The notes under the pieces were generated by a model. It did no database searches and was not told where the DNA came from. It saw only the letters and a list, made by a program, of their open reading frames with translations. 64,000 bases of DNA, from assembly GCA_003135555.1 (NCBI GenBank), contig PLCF01000062.1, positions 32,001 through 96,000 on the forward strand. The letters are read 5' to 3'. Source of the stretch: Vulcanimicrobiota bacterium. Its GTDB lineage: Bacteria; Vulcanimicrobiota; Vulcanimicrobiia; Vulcanimicrobiales; Vulcanimicrobiaceae. The position numbers and the translations under genes were made by a program. The first letter of the stretch is position 1. Each line of letters starts with the position of its first letter. Positions 19,697 to 29,783 of the stretch are shown here, in pieces.

Positions 19697-20974
19697 TCAA
19701 ACCGTCTTGGGGATATATCCCTCGCGGTGGCCGATCGTTTGCGAGGCCATTGCAGCTTTGGCGGCGCGCGCCCAGGGTGAGTCGCAGGTTCCGTCCGACT
19801 CTGCCGCCGGCACTTCGGACTGGACGTCGAACAGGAATTGCGTGCGGGCGAAGGTCTTGGCGTTGACGACTGCACCGGCATAGACGTCTTGCGCGAGCTG
19901 ATGGTCGCAACCGTGCCACACCGAGCGCGTGCCTTTGTAGCCGTCGAAGGCATGATCGTCAAACGCGGCGGCGAGCTTCTCGGCGTCCGTGGTGTGGGCG
20001 GCCAGGATGCGATCGGTCAGCGCGACCAGGCCGCCGTAGCCGTAAAAGTGCCGCGCCGAGACGGGCGCGTTGATGGCGCGGTGGATGCGCGCCGCCAACT
20101 TGCGCGACGAATCCGACGCGTTCGGCGACCACAGCACCGAGAACGTCGCGCCGGCGATCGCGTCGAGCGGGACAACCTTGTAGTAGAAATCCTCGAGGTT
20201 GATCCCGGCGAGGTGCATCTGCTTCTGCATCCCGAACGCGACGAACTGTTTGATCGAGTTCGCCGCGTCTTGCCCGCTGTTTGCGAGGATCAGGACGTCG
20301 GCGCCGCTGTTACGAATCTTGGTGAGCGACGGCGAGAACTCGCTCGTGCCGAGCGGAACTACGTCGTGTCCCACCTCGGTGCCGCCGGCGCGCTGGAGCG
20401 CCTGGGACAGCTGCGCGTACGAGTCGCGACCCATCCCGTAGTCGGACTGCAGAAAGTACCACTTCTTGCCCAGCGCCAGCAACCGGTTTGCGAGCGGACG
20501 CATCACCATGCGCGCGTTGCAGCCGAAACGGTACGTCAAGCGCCGCGCTTTTTCGCCGGTCAGCGTCGAGTCGAACGGGCCCAGCGCCAAGTTGAAAATG
20601 CCGAGCTCGTCGACGAGCGGGCCCAGCGCGAGCCCGTTGGCGGAGGATGTCCCGCCGAAGAGCACGTCCACCTTCTCCTGGCCGATCAGCCGCCGCGCCT
20701 CCGTGGCGGCCGTGGCCGGGTTCGATGCGTCGTCACCGAACACGAACTCGAACGTCACGCGGCTGGTGCGGTTGATGTCCTCGAGCGCAAGCTGCGCGCC
20801 GGTCTTGTGCAGCGCGGCCACGTCGGCGAAGACGCCGCTGAACGAGTCCAGAAAACCGATCCGCACGACCGGCTTGCCGGCGCCGCGCGCGAACGACGGC
20901 AGCGCCGCGATCCCGGCCGCAGCCGCGCCGGCGCCCAGGACGCGAGCACGAGTCGGCGTCGAGCCATGCAACAT
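19697..20974 (-). CDS. ABC transporter substrate-binding protein (branched-chain amino acid/LivJ-like)
   Basis: Tat-like leader; VRIGFLDSFSG, DDASNPATA, EKVDVLFGGTSS, SDYGMGR motifs. Confidence 0.9.
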   Translation of the reverse strand: MLHGSTPTRARVLGAGAAAAGIAALPSFARGAGKPVVRIGFLDSFSGVFADVAALHKTGAQLALEDINRTSRVTFEFVFGDDASNPATAATEARRLIGQEKVDVLFGGTSSANGLALGPLVDELGIFNLALGPFDSTLTGEKARRLTYRFGCNARMVMRPLANRLLALGKKWYFLQSDYGMGRDSYAQLSQALQRAGGTEVGHDVVPLGTSEFSPSLTKIRNSGADVLILANSGQDAANSIKQFVAFGMQKQMHLAGINLEDFYYKVVPLDAIAGATFSVLWSPNASDSSRKLAARIHRAINAPVSARHFYGYGGLVALTDRILAAHTTDAEKLAAAFDDHAFDGYKGTRSVWHGCDHQLAQDVYAGAVVNAKTFARTQFLFDVQSEVPAAESDGTCDSPWARAAKAAMASQTIGHREGYIPKTV

Positions 20975-21049
20975 GGCGAGCGCTTCTCGGCTGGATCGAG
21001 CAGCCCTTTCGCTCAAGGGCCGCCGCATCCGCAAACGAAGTCCCGCCGC

Positions 21050-22165
21050 ATGCCCAGTTATCGCGCCGACAACGTCGGCAGCTTTCTGCGCCCCCAGGAA
21101 CTGCTCGACGCGCGGCACTCGGGCGCCGACCCGCAGCGGCTGAGCGCGATCGAAGATCGCGAGATCCGGCGCATCCTCGCCAAACAGCGGGAGCTCGGTT
21201 TCGAGATCTTCACCGACGGCGAGTTTCGCCGCGGCGGTTTCATGACCGATCTGACCGATGCCGTCGAGGGCTTCGACTCCGATGCCGGCGTCGCCCGAAC
21301 CTGGAACGCGGCCGACGTCGCCAAGGGGGTCGCGCCCAGCGCGGTGCGCGGCGTCGTTACCGAGAAGCTGCGTCAAACGCGACGCCTGACGGCACACGAG
21401 CTGCCGTTCTTGGAGCAGCACAGCCCCGGCCCGATCAAGATGACGCTGCCCAGCGCGACGCAGTTTCCGGCGATCGCCTACAAGAAGGGGATCAGCGAGC
21501 GCGCCTATCCGAACCACTCGGCGTTCTTGGCCGACGTGGTCGAGATCGTGGCGGCCGAGACGAAGGCGCTCGCCGCGGACGGTGTCGCCTACATTCAGAT
21601 CGACGCGCCCCGCTACAGCTACTACCTCGATCCGAAGTGGCGCGATTTTCTGCGCGCGGAATTCGGCGAGCCCGACGCGCTCCTGGACGAGGCGATCGCT
21701 GCGGACAACGCCTGCTTTCGCGCCGCGCGCAAGCCCGGCGTCACGCTCGCGATCCACCTGTGCCGCGGCAACAACCGCAGCCAATGGTATGCCAGCGGCG
21801 GCTACGACGCGATCGCCGAAAAACTGTTCAACGAGCTCGAAGTCGATCGGTTCCTGTTGGAATACGACGACGAACGCTCGGGCTCGTTCGAACCGCTGCG
21901 CCTGGTGCCCAAGGGCAAGACGGTCGTGTTGGGGCTCGTGAGCTCGAAATCGCCGCAGCTCGAAGAGCAGACGACGCTGCTGCGCCGCATCGATGCCGCG
22001 AGCAAGTACGTTCCGCTCCAAAACCTCGCACTCAGCCCGCAGTGCGGCTTCGCCTCGATGGCGGAGGGCAATCTCCTCACCGAAGCCGACCAATGGGCCA
22101 AGCTCCAACTCGTGGTCGACACAGCGCAGCAGGTCTGGGGTACTAGCGCACGCGGTGGAACGTGA
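21050..22165 (+). CDS. Cobalamin-independent methionine synthase II family protein (MetE C-terminal-like)
   Basis: RADNVGSFLRP, TDGEFRR, YIQIDAP, HLCRGN, LEYDDERSG, LSPQCGFAS. Confidence 0.92.
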   Translation: MPSYRADNVGSFLRPQELLDARHSGADPQRLSAIEDREIRRILAKQRELGFEIFTDGEFRRGGFMTDLTDAVEGFDSDAGVARTWNAADVAKGVAPSAVRGVVTEKLRQTRRLTAHELPFLEQHSPGPIKMTLPSATQFPAIAYKKGISERAYPNHSAFLADVVEIVAAETKALAADGVAYIQIDAPRYSYYLDPKWRDFLRAEFGEPDALLDEAIAADNACFRAARKPGVTLAIHLCRGNNRSQWYASGGYDAIAEKLFNELEVDRFLLEYDDERSGSFEPLRLVPKGKTVVLGLVSSKSPQLEEQTTLLRRIDAASKYVPLQNLALSPQCGFASMAEGNLLTEADQWAKLQLVVDTAQQVWGTSARGGT

Positions 22166-22568
22166 CGGTGCCGCCGGCGTTCACGTCGCGCCATACCATC
22201 GTGTTCGCCGTGGTGAAGGTATAGCGGTACATCCCACCGGGTGGTTTGGCGCTGGGCTCGTAGTGACCCGTGCCGACCGCAGCGCCGACGACGTAGTGGC
22301 TCTTCGGCATCCAATCGGTGACGCTGCGACCGACGATGTGGTTCGGGAACACGCGGTACGTCCCGGACTGACCCGTCACGTACGTACCGCAGCGGTCGAT
22401 TTCGTTGTAGGTTCCGGTCGTTGTCATGACGAGATCGAACTGGCAGCTCATCCCGTTGATGGGGTATGCGGCGCGCCACGACCCGGCGAACGGATCCTGC
22501 GCGGCGCTCGCGAGCGGCACGGCGCAGAGCGCAAGGGCAGCGAGAAATGTGAATATGTTCTTCGGCAC
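22143..22568 (-). CDS. Secreted hypothetical protein (beta-barrel-like)
   Basis: GTG start, signal FLAALALCAVPLASA, DPFAGSW motif. Confidence 0.7.
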   Translation of the reverse strand: MPKNIFTFLAALALCAVPLASAAQDPFAGSWRAAYPINGMSCQFDLVMTTTGTYNEIDRCGTYVTGQSGTYRVFPNHIVGRSVTDWMPKSHYVVGAAVGTGHYEPSAKPPGGMYRYTFTTANTMVWRDVNAGGTVTFHRVR

Positions 22569-22659
22569 ACGGGGTCGTTCATCACGGAAGCTTCGGTTCA
22601 TGCTTTCCGTTGACGGAAAGCGCGGGCTTCGTCGGCCAAAGGGGTGAACGCCCGTGTCG

Positions 22660-22857
22660 ATGCCTGAACCGAAGTCCGGTGCGAAAAAGCCGCGCAAGCG
22701 CGGCGGCTCGCGTTCGTGCCGCAATAAGAACGGCTCGCCGAAGGCCGCGTTCACGACCAAGAAGCTCGCCGAGCGCGCGATCCCCGGCACGAGCGTTCGC
22801 CTCGCGCCCTACGCCTGCGCCAAGCACGGCTGGCACCTCGGGCACCGCAAGCGCTAG
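22660..22857 (+). CDS. Small basic protein with a possible C/H zinc motif
   Basis: SCRNK...KAAFTT...PYACAKHGWHLGH; fills the gap between neighbours. Confidence 0.55.
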   Translation: MPEPKSGAKKPRKRGGSRSCRNKNGSPKAAFTTKKLAERAIPGTSVRLAPYACAKHGWHLGHRKR

Positions 22858-23915
22858 GACGGCGTTCGGACCACCGGTGCGCTGCGCGGCACCGCGAAGC
22901 CCGACCGCGAGACGGGGACGCTGTCGGGACGCACCACGCCGGCGTGCATGTCGTCCCAAGCGCGCTGCAGCGATGGGACGAGCGTCCGCAGCGCGTGCGA
23001 TCCGCGCGGCTCCTCGTAGAAGCTGACCGGCAGTCCCATCCCCGCGAGAAAGCCCGCCGTCTGCTCGCCGTACTTGGTCGGAATGCTGGTGTCGTCGGCG
23101 CCGGTCACGACGTACACGCGCATATCGCTCCAGGCGATCGAGACGGGACGCACGCCGCTGTTGAGGATCGCACCGGAGACGCACAGCACCGCCGACCAGC
23201 GGTAGCCGCCGCGCGGCCCGATCTTGAAGACGCTGAAGCCGCCCATCGAATAGCCGGCCAGAAAGGTGCGGCCGCGATCGACCGGCAGCGCCGCCTGCAC
23301 CGCCGAGAGCAGATCGTAGACGTCGGTCGCCGCGGGCTCGGCATAGTCGTAGATACCGCGGCCGTAGGGGGCGACGAGGATGGTGCCGGTGCGGTCGGCG
23401 AGCCGGCGCAGCCAGGGCTGTCCGAGCAGCTCGGATTCCGTTTGCGGGTTTCCGTGCAGCACCATCGCCAGCGGTGCGCTCGCTTTCAAGCTCGCGGGGA
23501 CGTACACCGCGACGAGTTGCCAGACGCGGTCGACGCGCGACGGCACGAGCATTTCGTGCAAGCCGGGCGTTGCGCGCAACGGCGCCGCAGCACCGGTGAC
23601 GAGCTGGTCGACGGCGTCGAGGTCGAGCCGGGCGATGGCGGCGACGGTCTCGGCCCAATCTTCGGTCGGGTACCCGTCGGGCGGAGGCGTTTGCTGGCGC
23701 TCGAGATCGTCGAACAGGCGGCGGTGGAAGTTCGCGGCGCCCTCGGTGCCCAGCTCGACGTCGATGCGAGCGCGCGCGGCCGCATAGCGCTCCAACGCTT
23801 CGCCGATCGTGCCCGGCCCGAGCACCGCCGCAGCGACCGCGACCGGCCGCACGACCGTGCCCTGCATCGCAAGCACCAAGGCGAGCGCCGACAGCCGCAC
23901 CGTCCGCAGCATCAT
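22854..23915 (-). CDS. Secreted esterase / PHB-depolymerase-like alpha/beta hydrolase
   Basis: Signal peptide; VYVPAS..PLAMVLHG, GYSMGG, GADD, GSH motifs. Confidence 0.8.
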   Translation of the reverse strand: MMLRTVRLSALALVLAMQGTVVRPVAVAAAVLGPGTIGEALERYAAARARIDVELGTEGAANFHRRLFDDLERQQTPPPDGYPTEDWAETVAAIARLDLDAVDQLVTGAAAPLRATPGLHEMLVPSRVDRVWQLVAVYVPASLKASAPLAMVLHGNPQTESELLGQPWLRRLADRTGTILVAPYGRGIYDYAEPAATDVYDLLSAVQAALPVDRGRTFLAGYSMGGFSVFKIGPRGGYRWSAVLCVSGAILNSGVRPVSIAWSDMRVYVVTGADDTSIPTKYGEQTAGFLAGMGLPVSFYEEPRGSHALRTLVPSLQRAWDDMHAGVVRPDSVPVSRSGFAVPRSAPVVRTPS

Positions 23916-24005
23916 GCTCGGAGTGTAGCAGCCCGGACGGCGAGGAGCGAGGTCCAAGAGCGTCGCGCTGACGGTACCCCGGGGCGCGCGGCGAACGGAC
24001 CAGGA

Positions 24006-24482
24006 GTGCACCCCGAAGCGGAACGCTTGATCGCCGCGCACCGGCTGGCGCGGCATCCCGAAGGCGGCTGGTATCGCGAGACGTACCGCAGCGCCGAGCG
24101 CGTCACCACGTCGCGCGGCAGCATGCGCAGCGCGACGACCTCAATCTACTTTCTGCTCACGCCCGAGACATTTTCCGCATTCCACCACCTGTCGTCGGAC
24201 GAGACGTGGCACTTCTATCGCGGGGATCCGGTGAACATCGAGGTGATCGACGCCAGCGGGGCGCACGAAACACGCGTCGTGGGCGCCGGCGACGCGCTGC
24301 AAACCACGATCGGGGGCGGCGCGTACTTTGCCGCCCACGTCGATGCGGCCGGCGGCTATGCGTTCGTCGGCTGCGACGTGGCGCCGGGCTTTGAATTCGC
24401 CGACTTCCAGCTCACCACGCGCTCGATGCTGACCGCGGCCTATCCGCACCTCGGTCCGCTCATCGCGCGCTACACCCGTTGA
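24006..24482 (+). CDS. Cupin_5 (DUF985) protein
   Basis: HPEGGWYRETY, TSIYFLL, DETWHFY.G, GCDVAPGFEFADF. Confidence 0.92.
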   Translation: MHPEAERLIAAHRLARHPEGGWYRETYRSAERVTTSRGSMRSATTSIYFLLTPETFSAFHHLSSDETWHFYRGDPVNIEVIDASGAHETRVVGAGDALQTTIGGGAYFAAHVDAAGGYAFVGCDVAPGFEFADFQLTTRSMLTAAYPHLGPLIARYTR

Positions 24483-24499
24483 CGCGCAGAGAAGTCGCG

Positions 24500-24970
24500 A
24501 TGCTGGTGCGGCCCATCGAACCGTCCGACGAGGACGCGTACCGTGCGATCTTGGAAGCGACCAGTGCCGACGATCGCTATTGCCGGTTCTTCCACTTCGT
24601 CGACCACTTCGACCCCGAGGAGGTGCACCGTTTCGTCGAGACGCGAGCAGACATGATCGGCATGATCGCTTTCGATGGTGCGGTGCCGATGGGTGCCGCG
24701 CACGCCGCGCTGCTGGACGACAAGACCGCCGAACTCGCTATCGTCGTCGCGAGCGGCGCACGCCATCTCGGGGTCGGAACTGCGTGTCTCGATGCGCTCA
24801 TCGCGCGACTCAAGGAACGCGGATTCCGGCGCTTGATCGCCTGCGCGCTGCGCGAGAACAGTCCCTTCGAGCACTTGGCGCAACATGCAGGCTTCCACGT
24901 GGAAACATCCGACGGCGCCGCGCTGCGTTGGGTGTTGGCACTCACCGCCGAGCCGGAGCCGGCGTCGTGA
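24500..24970 (+). CDS. GNAT acetyltransferase
   Basis: VRPIEPSD, RYCRFF, AELAIVV..RHLGVGT, LREN motifs. Confidence 0.85.
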   Translation: MLVRPIEPSDEDAYRAILEATSADDRYCRFFHFVDHFDPEEVHRFVETRADMIGMIAFDGAVPMGAAHAALLDDKTAELAIVVASGARHLGVGTACLDALIARLKERGFRRLIACALRENSPFEHLAQHAGFHVETSDGAALRWVLALTAEPEPAS

Positions 24971-25875
24971 CCGCCGTGAGCGAGCCCGCCTTCGCACCGG
25001 CCAACGGCATCCGCTTGTGCTACCAGACCTTCGGCGACCCGTCGCACCCGCCGCTGCTGCTCATCATGGGACTCGCGGTGCAAATGATCGTGTGGGACGA
25101 CGACTTCTGCGAAATGCTCGCTGCGCGAGGCTTCCGGGTGATCCGCTTCGACAACCGCGACATCGGCAAGTCGACGACGTTTCCGCAAGCGCGCGCACCG
25201 AGTTTCGTGGAACTGCTCTTCTCGCAGGCGACCGGGTTGCGCTTCCGCGTGCCGTACACGTTGCGCGATATGGCGGCGGACTCCGCGGGGCTCTTGGACG
25301 CGCTCGGCGTCGCGAGCGCGCACGTCGTCGGCGCCTCGATGGGCGGCATGATCGCCCAAGAGATGGCAATCGCGTTCTCCGGGCGGGTGACCACGCTGAC
25401 GTCGCTCATGTCGACGACCGGCGACCCCAAGCTGCCGCGGGCGCAGGCCAAGGCGCTGCGGGCGCTGGCGAAGCCCACGCCGCGCGACCGTGCCGGCTTC
25501 GTGCGGCGCTATGTGGAGACATGGGCAGTTCTCGCCGGCGACGGCTTTCCGTACGATCCCGACCGCATGGCCCGGCAGGGCGCGCTCGCCTACGACCGCG
25601 GCATCAACCCGCCCGGGGTCGCGCGCCAGATGCTCGCGATCATCGCGTCGGGAAATCGCACCAAGGCGCTGCGCGGACTGGCGGTGCCCACGCTGGTCCT
25701 CCACGGCACCCGCGATCCGCTGATCCCGGTCGACGCGGGCTCGGAGACCGCGCGCGCGATCCCGGGCGCGCGGCTGATGCTCATCGACGGCATGGGACAC
25801 TGGATGCCGCGCGAAGTGTGGCCACGGATCGTCGACGCGATCGCCCAGCATGCGTCCGGGACCAAACCCGCCTGA
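24967..25875 (+). CDS. Alpha/beta hydrolase
   Basis: LLLIMGL, RFDNRDIGKS, VGASMGGMIAQ, HGTRDPLIP, GMGH. Confidence 0.92.
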   Translation: MTAVSEPAFAPANGIRLCYQTFGDPSHPPLLLIMGLAVQMIVWDDDFCEMLAARGFRVIRFDNRDIGKSTTFPQARAPSFVELLFSQATGLRFRVPYTLRDMAADSAGLLDALGVASAHVVGASMGGMIAQEMAIAFSGRVTTLTSLMSTTGDPKLPRAQAKALRALAKPTPRDRAGFVRRYVETWAVLAGDGFPYDPDRMARQGALAYDRGINPPGVARQMLAIIASGNRTKALRGLAVPTLVLHGTRDPLIPVDAGSETARAIPGARLMLIDGMGHWMPREVWPRIVDAIAQHASGTKPA

Positions 25876-25905
25876 GCCGGCTCACCGCGCGAACGGAGCT
25901 CTACC

Positions 25906-27609
25906 GTGTCTGAAACGCCCTGGATTTCGTCCTATCCGTCGCCGGCACGCTGGGACGCCCCGCTCGCGGTGGGCCCGGTTTACGAGATCCTCGACACCGC
26001 CGCGCAGCGCTTTGGCGATCGTCCCGCGGTCGAGTTCATGGGCCGCCGCGCAACGTACCGCCAACTGCACGCGCTGGCGAACCGCGCCGCCAAGGGCTTC
26101 CAACAGCTGGGCGTGCGGCCCGGCGTACATGTCGGACTCTACCTGCCCAACACGCCGCACTATCTCGTCGCGTTCTTCGGCGTGCTCAAGGCCGGCGGAA
26201 CCGTCGTCAACTACTCGCCGCTCGATGCCGCGCAAGTCCTCGCGCACAAGGTCGAGGACAGCGAGACCTCGATCCTCGTCACGCTCGACGTTCCGACGCT
26301 GCTCCCGCAGATGGAAGCGCTGCTCGGGACAAGCGGTTTGCGGACGCTCGTCGTCGGCGGCTTGGACGATCTGGCGGGCTTCCCGGAGTACGCCGATGCG
26401 GCCGCCTCCAACGGCGCGGGGGCCGTCGCCAAGGATGGACATGTGCCGTTCCGCAGCCTGCTGGCGAACGACGGCGCGTATCAGGCGTATCCGATCGATA
26501 ATCCGAGCGAGTCGATCGCCGTGCTGCAGTATACCGGCGGCACGACCGGACTGCCCAAAGGCGCAGTCCTGACGCATGCCAACTTGACGGCGGCGATGAG
26601 TCAGTATCTCGAGACCACGCGGCTCGAGCCGCCGGTACTCACGCCGGGCGAGGAGCGCACCTTGTTGGTGCTGCCGCTCTTCCACATCTACTCGCTCTCC
26701 GCGGTCATGCTGCTGTGCGTCCGGCTCGGCGCGGAGATCATCTTGCACACGCGCTTCGACGTCGAAGCCGTGGCCAAGGACCTCGCCGCGAAAAAGATCA
26801 CGCTCTTCATGGGCGTCCCGACGATGTTCACGGCGCTCTTGGCCTATCCCGGGCTCGCGGAGCTCGACCTCACCTCGATCAAGTTCACCGGCTCAGGTGG
26901 CGCGCCGCTGCCGCTCGAAGTGCAGGAGCGCTTCCGCACCGTCACCGGCAGCGAGCTCAACGAAGGCTGGGGGATGACCGAGACGTCGCCCTCGGGGACG
27001 TTTACGCCGATGCGCGGGATGCGCAAGGCGGGCTCGTGCGGGATCCCCGTTCCGGGTGCCACGATCAAGTTCGCGAGCGTCACGGATCCCACGACGTACG
27101 TGCCGCTGGGCGAGCGCGGCGAGATCTGCATCAAAGGTCCCAACATCATGAAGGGCTATTGGAAGAACGCCCAGGCGACCGCCGACGTCATGACCGCGGA
27201 CGGTTTCTTGCGCACCGGCGACGTGGGCTACATGGACGCCGACGGTTTCGTCTTCATCGTCGACCGCATCAAGGACATGCTCTTGTGCGGCGGCTACAAC
27301 GTCTACCCGCGCAACATCGAAGAAGCGATCTACACCCACCCCGCCGTCGCCGAGGTCTCGGTGATCGGGATCCCCGACGAGTACCGCGGCCAGTCGCCCA
27401 AGGCGTTCATCGCGCTCAAGCCGGGCGCGACGCCGTTCAGCCTCGACGAGCTCAAGGGTTTCCTCAAAGACAAGCTCGGCAAACACGAGATGATCGGCGT
27501 CATCGAGTTTCGCGACTCGTTGCCCAAGACCGCAGTCGGCAAGATCCTCAAGACGGCGCTCTACGAAGAGGAAGCCCAACGCCGCGCCGCGGCGCCGGCG
27601 AAGGTCTGA
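25906..27609 (+). CDS. Long-chain fatty acid/dicarboxylate-CoA ligase (PimA-like)
   Basis: YTGGTTGLPKG AMP-binding motif, EGWGMTETS, RTGD, DRIKDM, LPKTAVGK. Confidence 0.93.
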   Translation: MSETPWISSYPSPARWDAPLAVGPVYEILDTAAQRFGDRPAVEFMGRRATYRQLHALANRAAKGFQQLGVRPGVHVGLYLPNTPHYLVAFFGVLKAGGTVVNYSPLDAAQVLAHKVEDSETSILVTLDVPTLLPQMEALLGTSGLRTLVVGGLDDLAGFPEYADAAASNGAGAVAKDGHVPFRSLLANDGAYQAYPIDNPSESIAVLQYTGGTTGLPKGAVLTHANLTAAMSQYLETTRLEPPVLTPGEERTLLVLPLFHIYSLSAVMLLCVRLGAEIILHTRFDVEAVAKDLAAKKITLFMGVPTMFTALLAYPGLAELDLTSIKFTGSGGAPLPLEVQERFRTVTGSELNEGWGMTETSPSGTFTPMRGMRKAGSCGIPVPGATIKFASVTDPTTYVPLGERGEICIKGPNIMKGYWKNAQATADVMTADGFLRTGDVGYMDADGFVFIVDRIKDMLLCGGYNVYPRNIEEAIYTHPAVAEVSVIGIPDEYRGQSPKAFIALKPGATPFSLDELKGFLKDKLGKHEMIGVIEFRDSLPKTAVGKILKTALYEEEAQRRAAAPAKV

Positions 27610-27611
27610 TC

Positions 27612-27998
27612 GTGGCGGATTCCAAGGACAAGGACCCGCTGGCGCCGTGGCGCGACCTGCTCTCGCAATGGGAGCAGAACGTCAACTCGCTGGCCAATCG
27701 CACGATGGGTTCCGACGAGTACAGCAGTTCGATGAACAGCGCGATGGGCGCGACGCTCAAGATGCAGGAGACGATTCGCCAGTTCATGGCGATCTATCTC
27801 GCCAGCGCGAATTTGCCCAGCCGCGCGGAGGTCCTCGGCATCGCCGAACGATTGGGCGGCGTCGAGTCGCGGCTCGACCGGATCACCGCGCTGCTGGAGC
27901 GCCTCGCCGAGGCGCGTCCCGGCGCGGCGACTACGCCGGCATCGCCGCCGCGTCCGCGCCCGCCGCGCACCAAGAGCCCGCCGAAGACCGAGTCCTGA
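27612..27998 (+). CDS. phaE: PhaE-like PHA synthase subunit
   Basis: Short coiled-coil protein with NLPSRAEVLGIAERL..VESRLD, directly upstream of class III phaC. Confidence 0.6.
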   Translation: MADSKDKDPLAPWRDLLSQWEQNVNSLANRTMGSDEYSSSMNSAMGATLKMQETIRQFMAIYLASANLPSRAEVLGIAERLGGVESRLDRITALLERLAEARPGAATTPASPPRPRPPRTKSPPKTES

Positions 27999-28014
27999 GC
28001 GGGGCCGAAGGAGC

Positions 28015-29073
28015 GTGAACCCCACCGCCGAGCGCATCGGGAACGAGGTCGAGCGCGCGATTGCGCGCAGCCTCAAAGGCCTGGAGTATTTCGGCTCGCC
28101 GGCGCCCGTCGTCGGCCACACGCCCAAGGACGTCATCTTCGAGCGCGGGACGCTGCATCTGTACCACTACCGCCCGGTGACCGACGAGATCTACCGCGTC
28201 CCGATCCTCATCGTGATGGCGACGAGTAACCGCGGTTACATCCTCGATCTCGCGCCTGGGCAAAGTTTCGTCGAATACCTCATCGGACGCGGCTTCGACG
28301 TCTACCTCATCGATTGGAGCCCGCCCACGGCGGCCGACAGCGGCTTGCGCTTTGAGGACTACACGCTGCGCTTCATCCCCGACTGCGTCCAGCGCGTGCG
28401 CGACGACACCGGTGAACACGACCTCACGATCATCGGCTACTGCATGGGCGGCGTCTTGTCGGTGATGTACGTCGCCCTGCATCCCGACGATCAGCCGAAA
28501 AACTTCGTGTGCTTCACGACGCCGATCGACTTCAGCCGCATGGAGCTGTTCGCGAAGTGGTCGGACCGGCGCTACTTCGACGTCGACAAGCTCGTCGACG
28601 CGACCGGCAACGTGCCCTCGGAGCTGATCTTCACGTCGTTCGAGATGCTGCGGCCGGCGACGCGGCTGGCCGGCCAGATCACGCTCTGGGAAAACATCGC
28701 TGACGAAAAGTTCGTGCGCTCGTACCGCGCCTTCGAACGCTGGTCGAGCGACACGCTGCCGCTCGCCGGCGAGTATTTCCGCGAGACCATCAAAGAGCTG
28801 ATCTGGGAAAACCGCTTGCACCGTAACGAGCTGACGATCGGCGGGAAGCGAGCCGACCTGCGATCGATCACCGCCCCGCTGTTGCACGCGATGGCCGAGC
28901 ACGATCACATCGTCCCATACGCCGCCGCGAAGCCGCTGCTCGATCACGTCGGCTCGACCGACAAGGAGGAGATCATCTTGAAGGGCGGCCACGTCAGCCT
29001 CGTCGCCGGGCCCAACGCCGTGAAGCGCTTGTGGCCGCGCCTGGACGCCTGGCTCGGGGTGCGCTCGGTATGA
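28015..29073 (+). CDS. phaC: Class III-type PHA synthase PhaC
   Basis: GHTPKDV, YILDL.PGQS, DVYLIDW, GYCMGG catalytic Cys, DHIVP, GGHVS. Confidence 0.85.
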   Translation: MNPTAERIGNEVERAIARSLKGLEYFGSPAPVVGHTPKDVIFERGTLHLYHYRPVTDEIYRVPILIVMATSNRGYILDLAPGQSFVEYLIGRGFDVYLIDWSPPTAADSGLRFEDYTLRFIPDCVQRVRDDTGEHDLTIIGYCMGGVLSVMYVALHPDDQPKNFVCFTTPIDFSRMELFAKWSDRRYFDVDKLVDATGNVPSELIFTSFEMLRPATRLAGQITLWENIADEKFVRSYRAFERWSSDTLPLAGEYFRETIKELIWENRLHRNELTIGGKRADLRSITAPLLHAMAEHDHIVPYAAAKPLLDHVGSTDKEEIILKGGHVSLVAGPNAVKRLWPRLDAWLGVRSV

Positions 29074-29669
29074 GCGGCGCAAGCGTTCGTACCTATCCTC
29101 GCACGGTCGCGCTCGGCGTGACCGAGGTCGAGTTGCGCTACATGCGCGGCGGCGACGAGGCGGCGGTGCTCGCGTTCGCGCGCGCGCTGCCGCCGCACGA
29201 CCTGCTCTTCTTACCACGTGACATCACCCACCCCAAAGTGCTCGAGGCATGGCGCAGCGAGATCGAGCGCGGCGCGATGACGAGCCTGCTGGCGTTCGAA
29301 GGCGCGGAGGTCGTCGGCTGCGCGACGATCGCGCGCGACCCGCTGTCGTGGTCGCCGCACGTCGCCGAGTTGCGCGTCGTCGTGGCGCGCACCGCGCGCG
29401 GCAAGGGGCTCGGGCGCGTGCTGAGCACGGACGCGGGCGAGCTCGCCGTCGCGAGCGGCGTCGAGAAGCTCGTTGCGCACATGACACCCGATCAGGTCGG
29501 CGCAGTAACCGTCTTCGAGACGATGGGCTACCGGGCGGAGGCGCTCTTGCGCGACCACGTCCGCGATTCCGACGGCGTCAAGCACGACTTGGTGATCTTG
29601 AGCCTCGACGTCGACCGCTTTCGCACGCGCGCCGCAGCATACGGGCTGGCGGAGTCCCAAGCCCCGTAA
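29070..29669 (+). CDS. GNAT acetyltransferase
   Basis: HVAELRVVV..ARGKGLG, EALLRDHVRD; ATGA overlap with phaC. Confidence 0.85.
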   Translation: MSGASVRTYPRTVALGVTEVELRYMRGGDEAAVLAFARALPPHDLLFLPRDITHPKVLEAWRSEIERGAMTSLLAFEGAEVVGCATIARDPLSWSPHVAELRVVVARTARGKGLGRVLSTDAGELAVASGVEKLVAHMTPDQVGAVTVFETMGYRAEALLRDHVRDSDGVKHDLVILSLDVDRFRTRAAAYGLAESQAP

Positions 29670-29783
29670 GCCGGGCGAAAAGAGTACGGGCCCGCTCGCT
29701 TGGCGAAGGCCGCGTAGCGCGAACTGCGGTTCGCACCCCGGCGTGTGGGGAACGACCACACGAGGGAGGACGGTTACGACGAC

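Noticed and set aside
19930..19953. Inverted repeat (tgcctt...aaggca) at the SBP repeat boundary as an att site
   Set aside because: Only 6-bp arms with an 11-bp spacer and no similarity to the DUF445 palindrome; likely chance.
19697..22165. 803-aa and 775-aa ORFs as fusion proteins
   Set aside because: Each is a real gene extended through the antisense of its divergent neighbour; true starts are 20974 (-) and 21050 (+).
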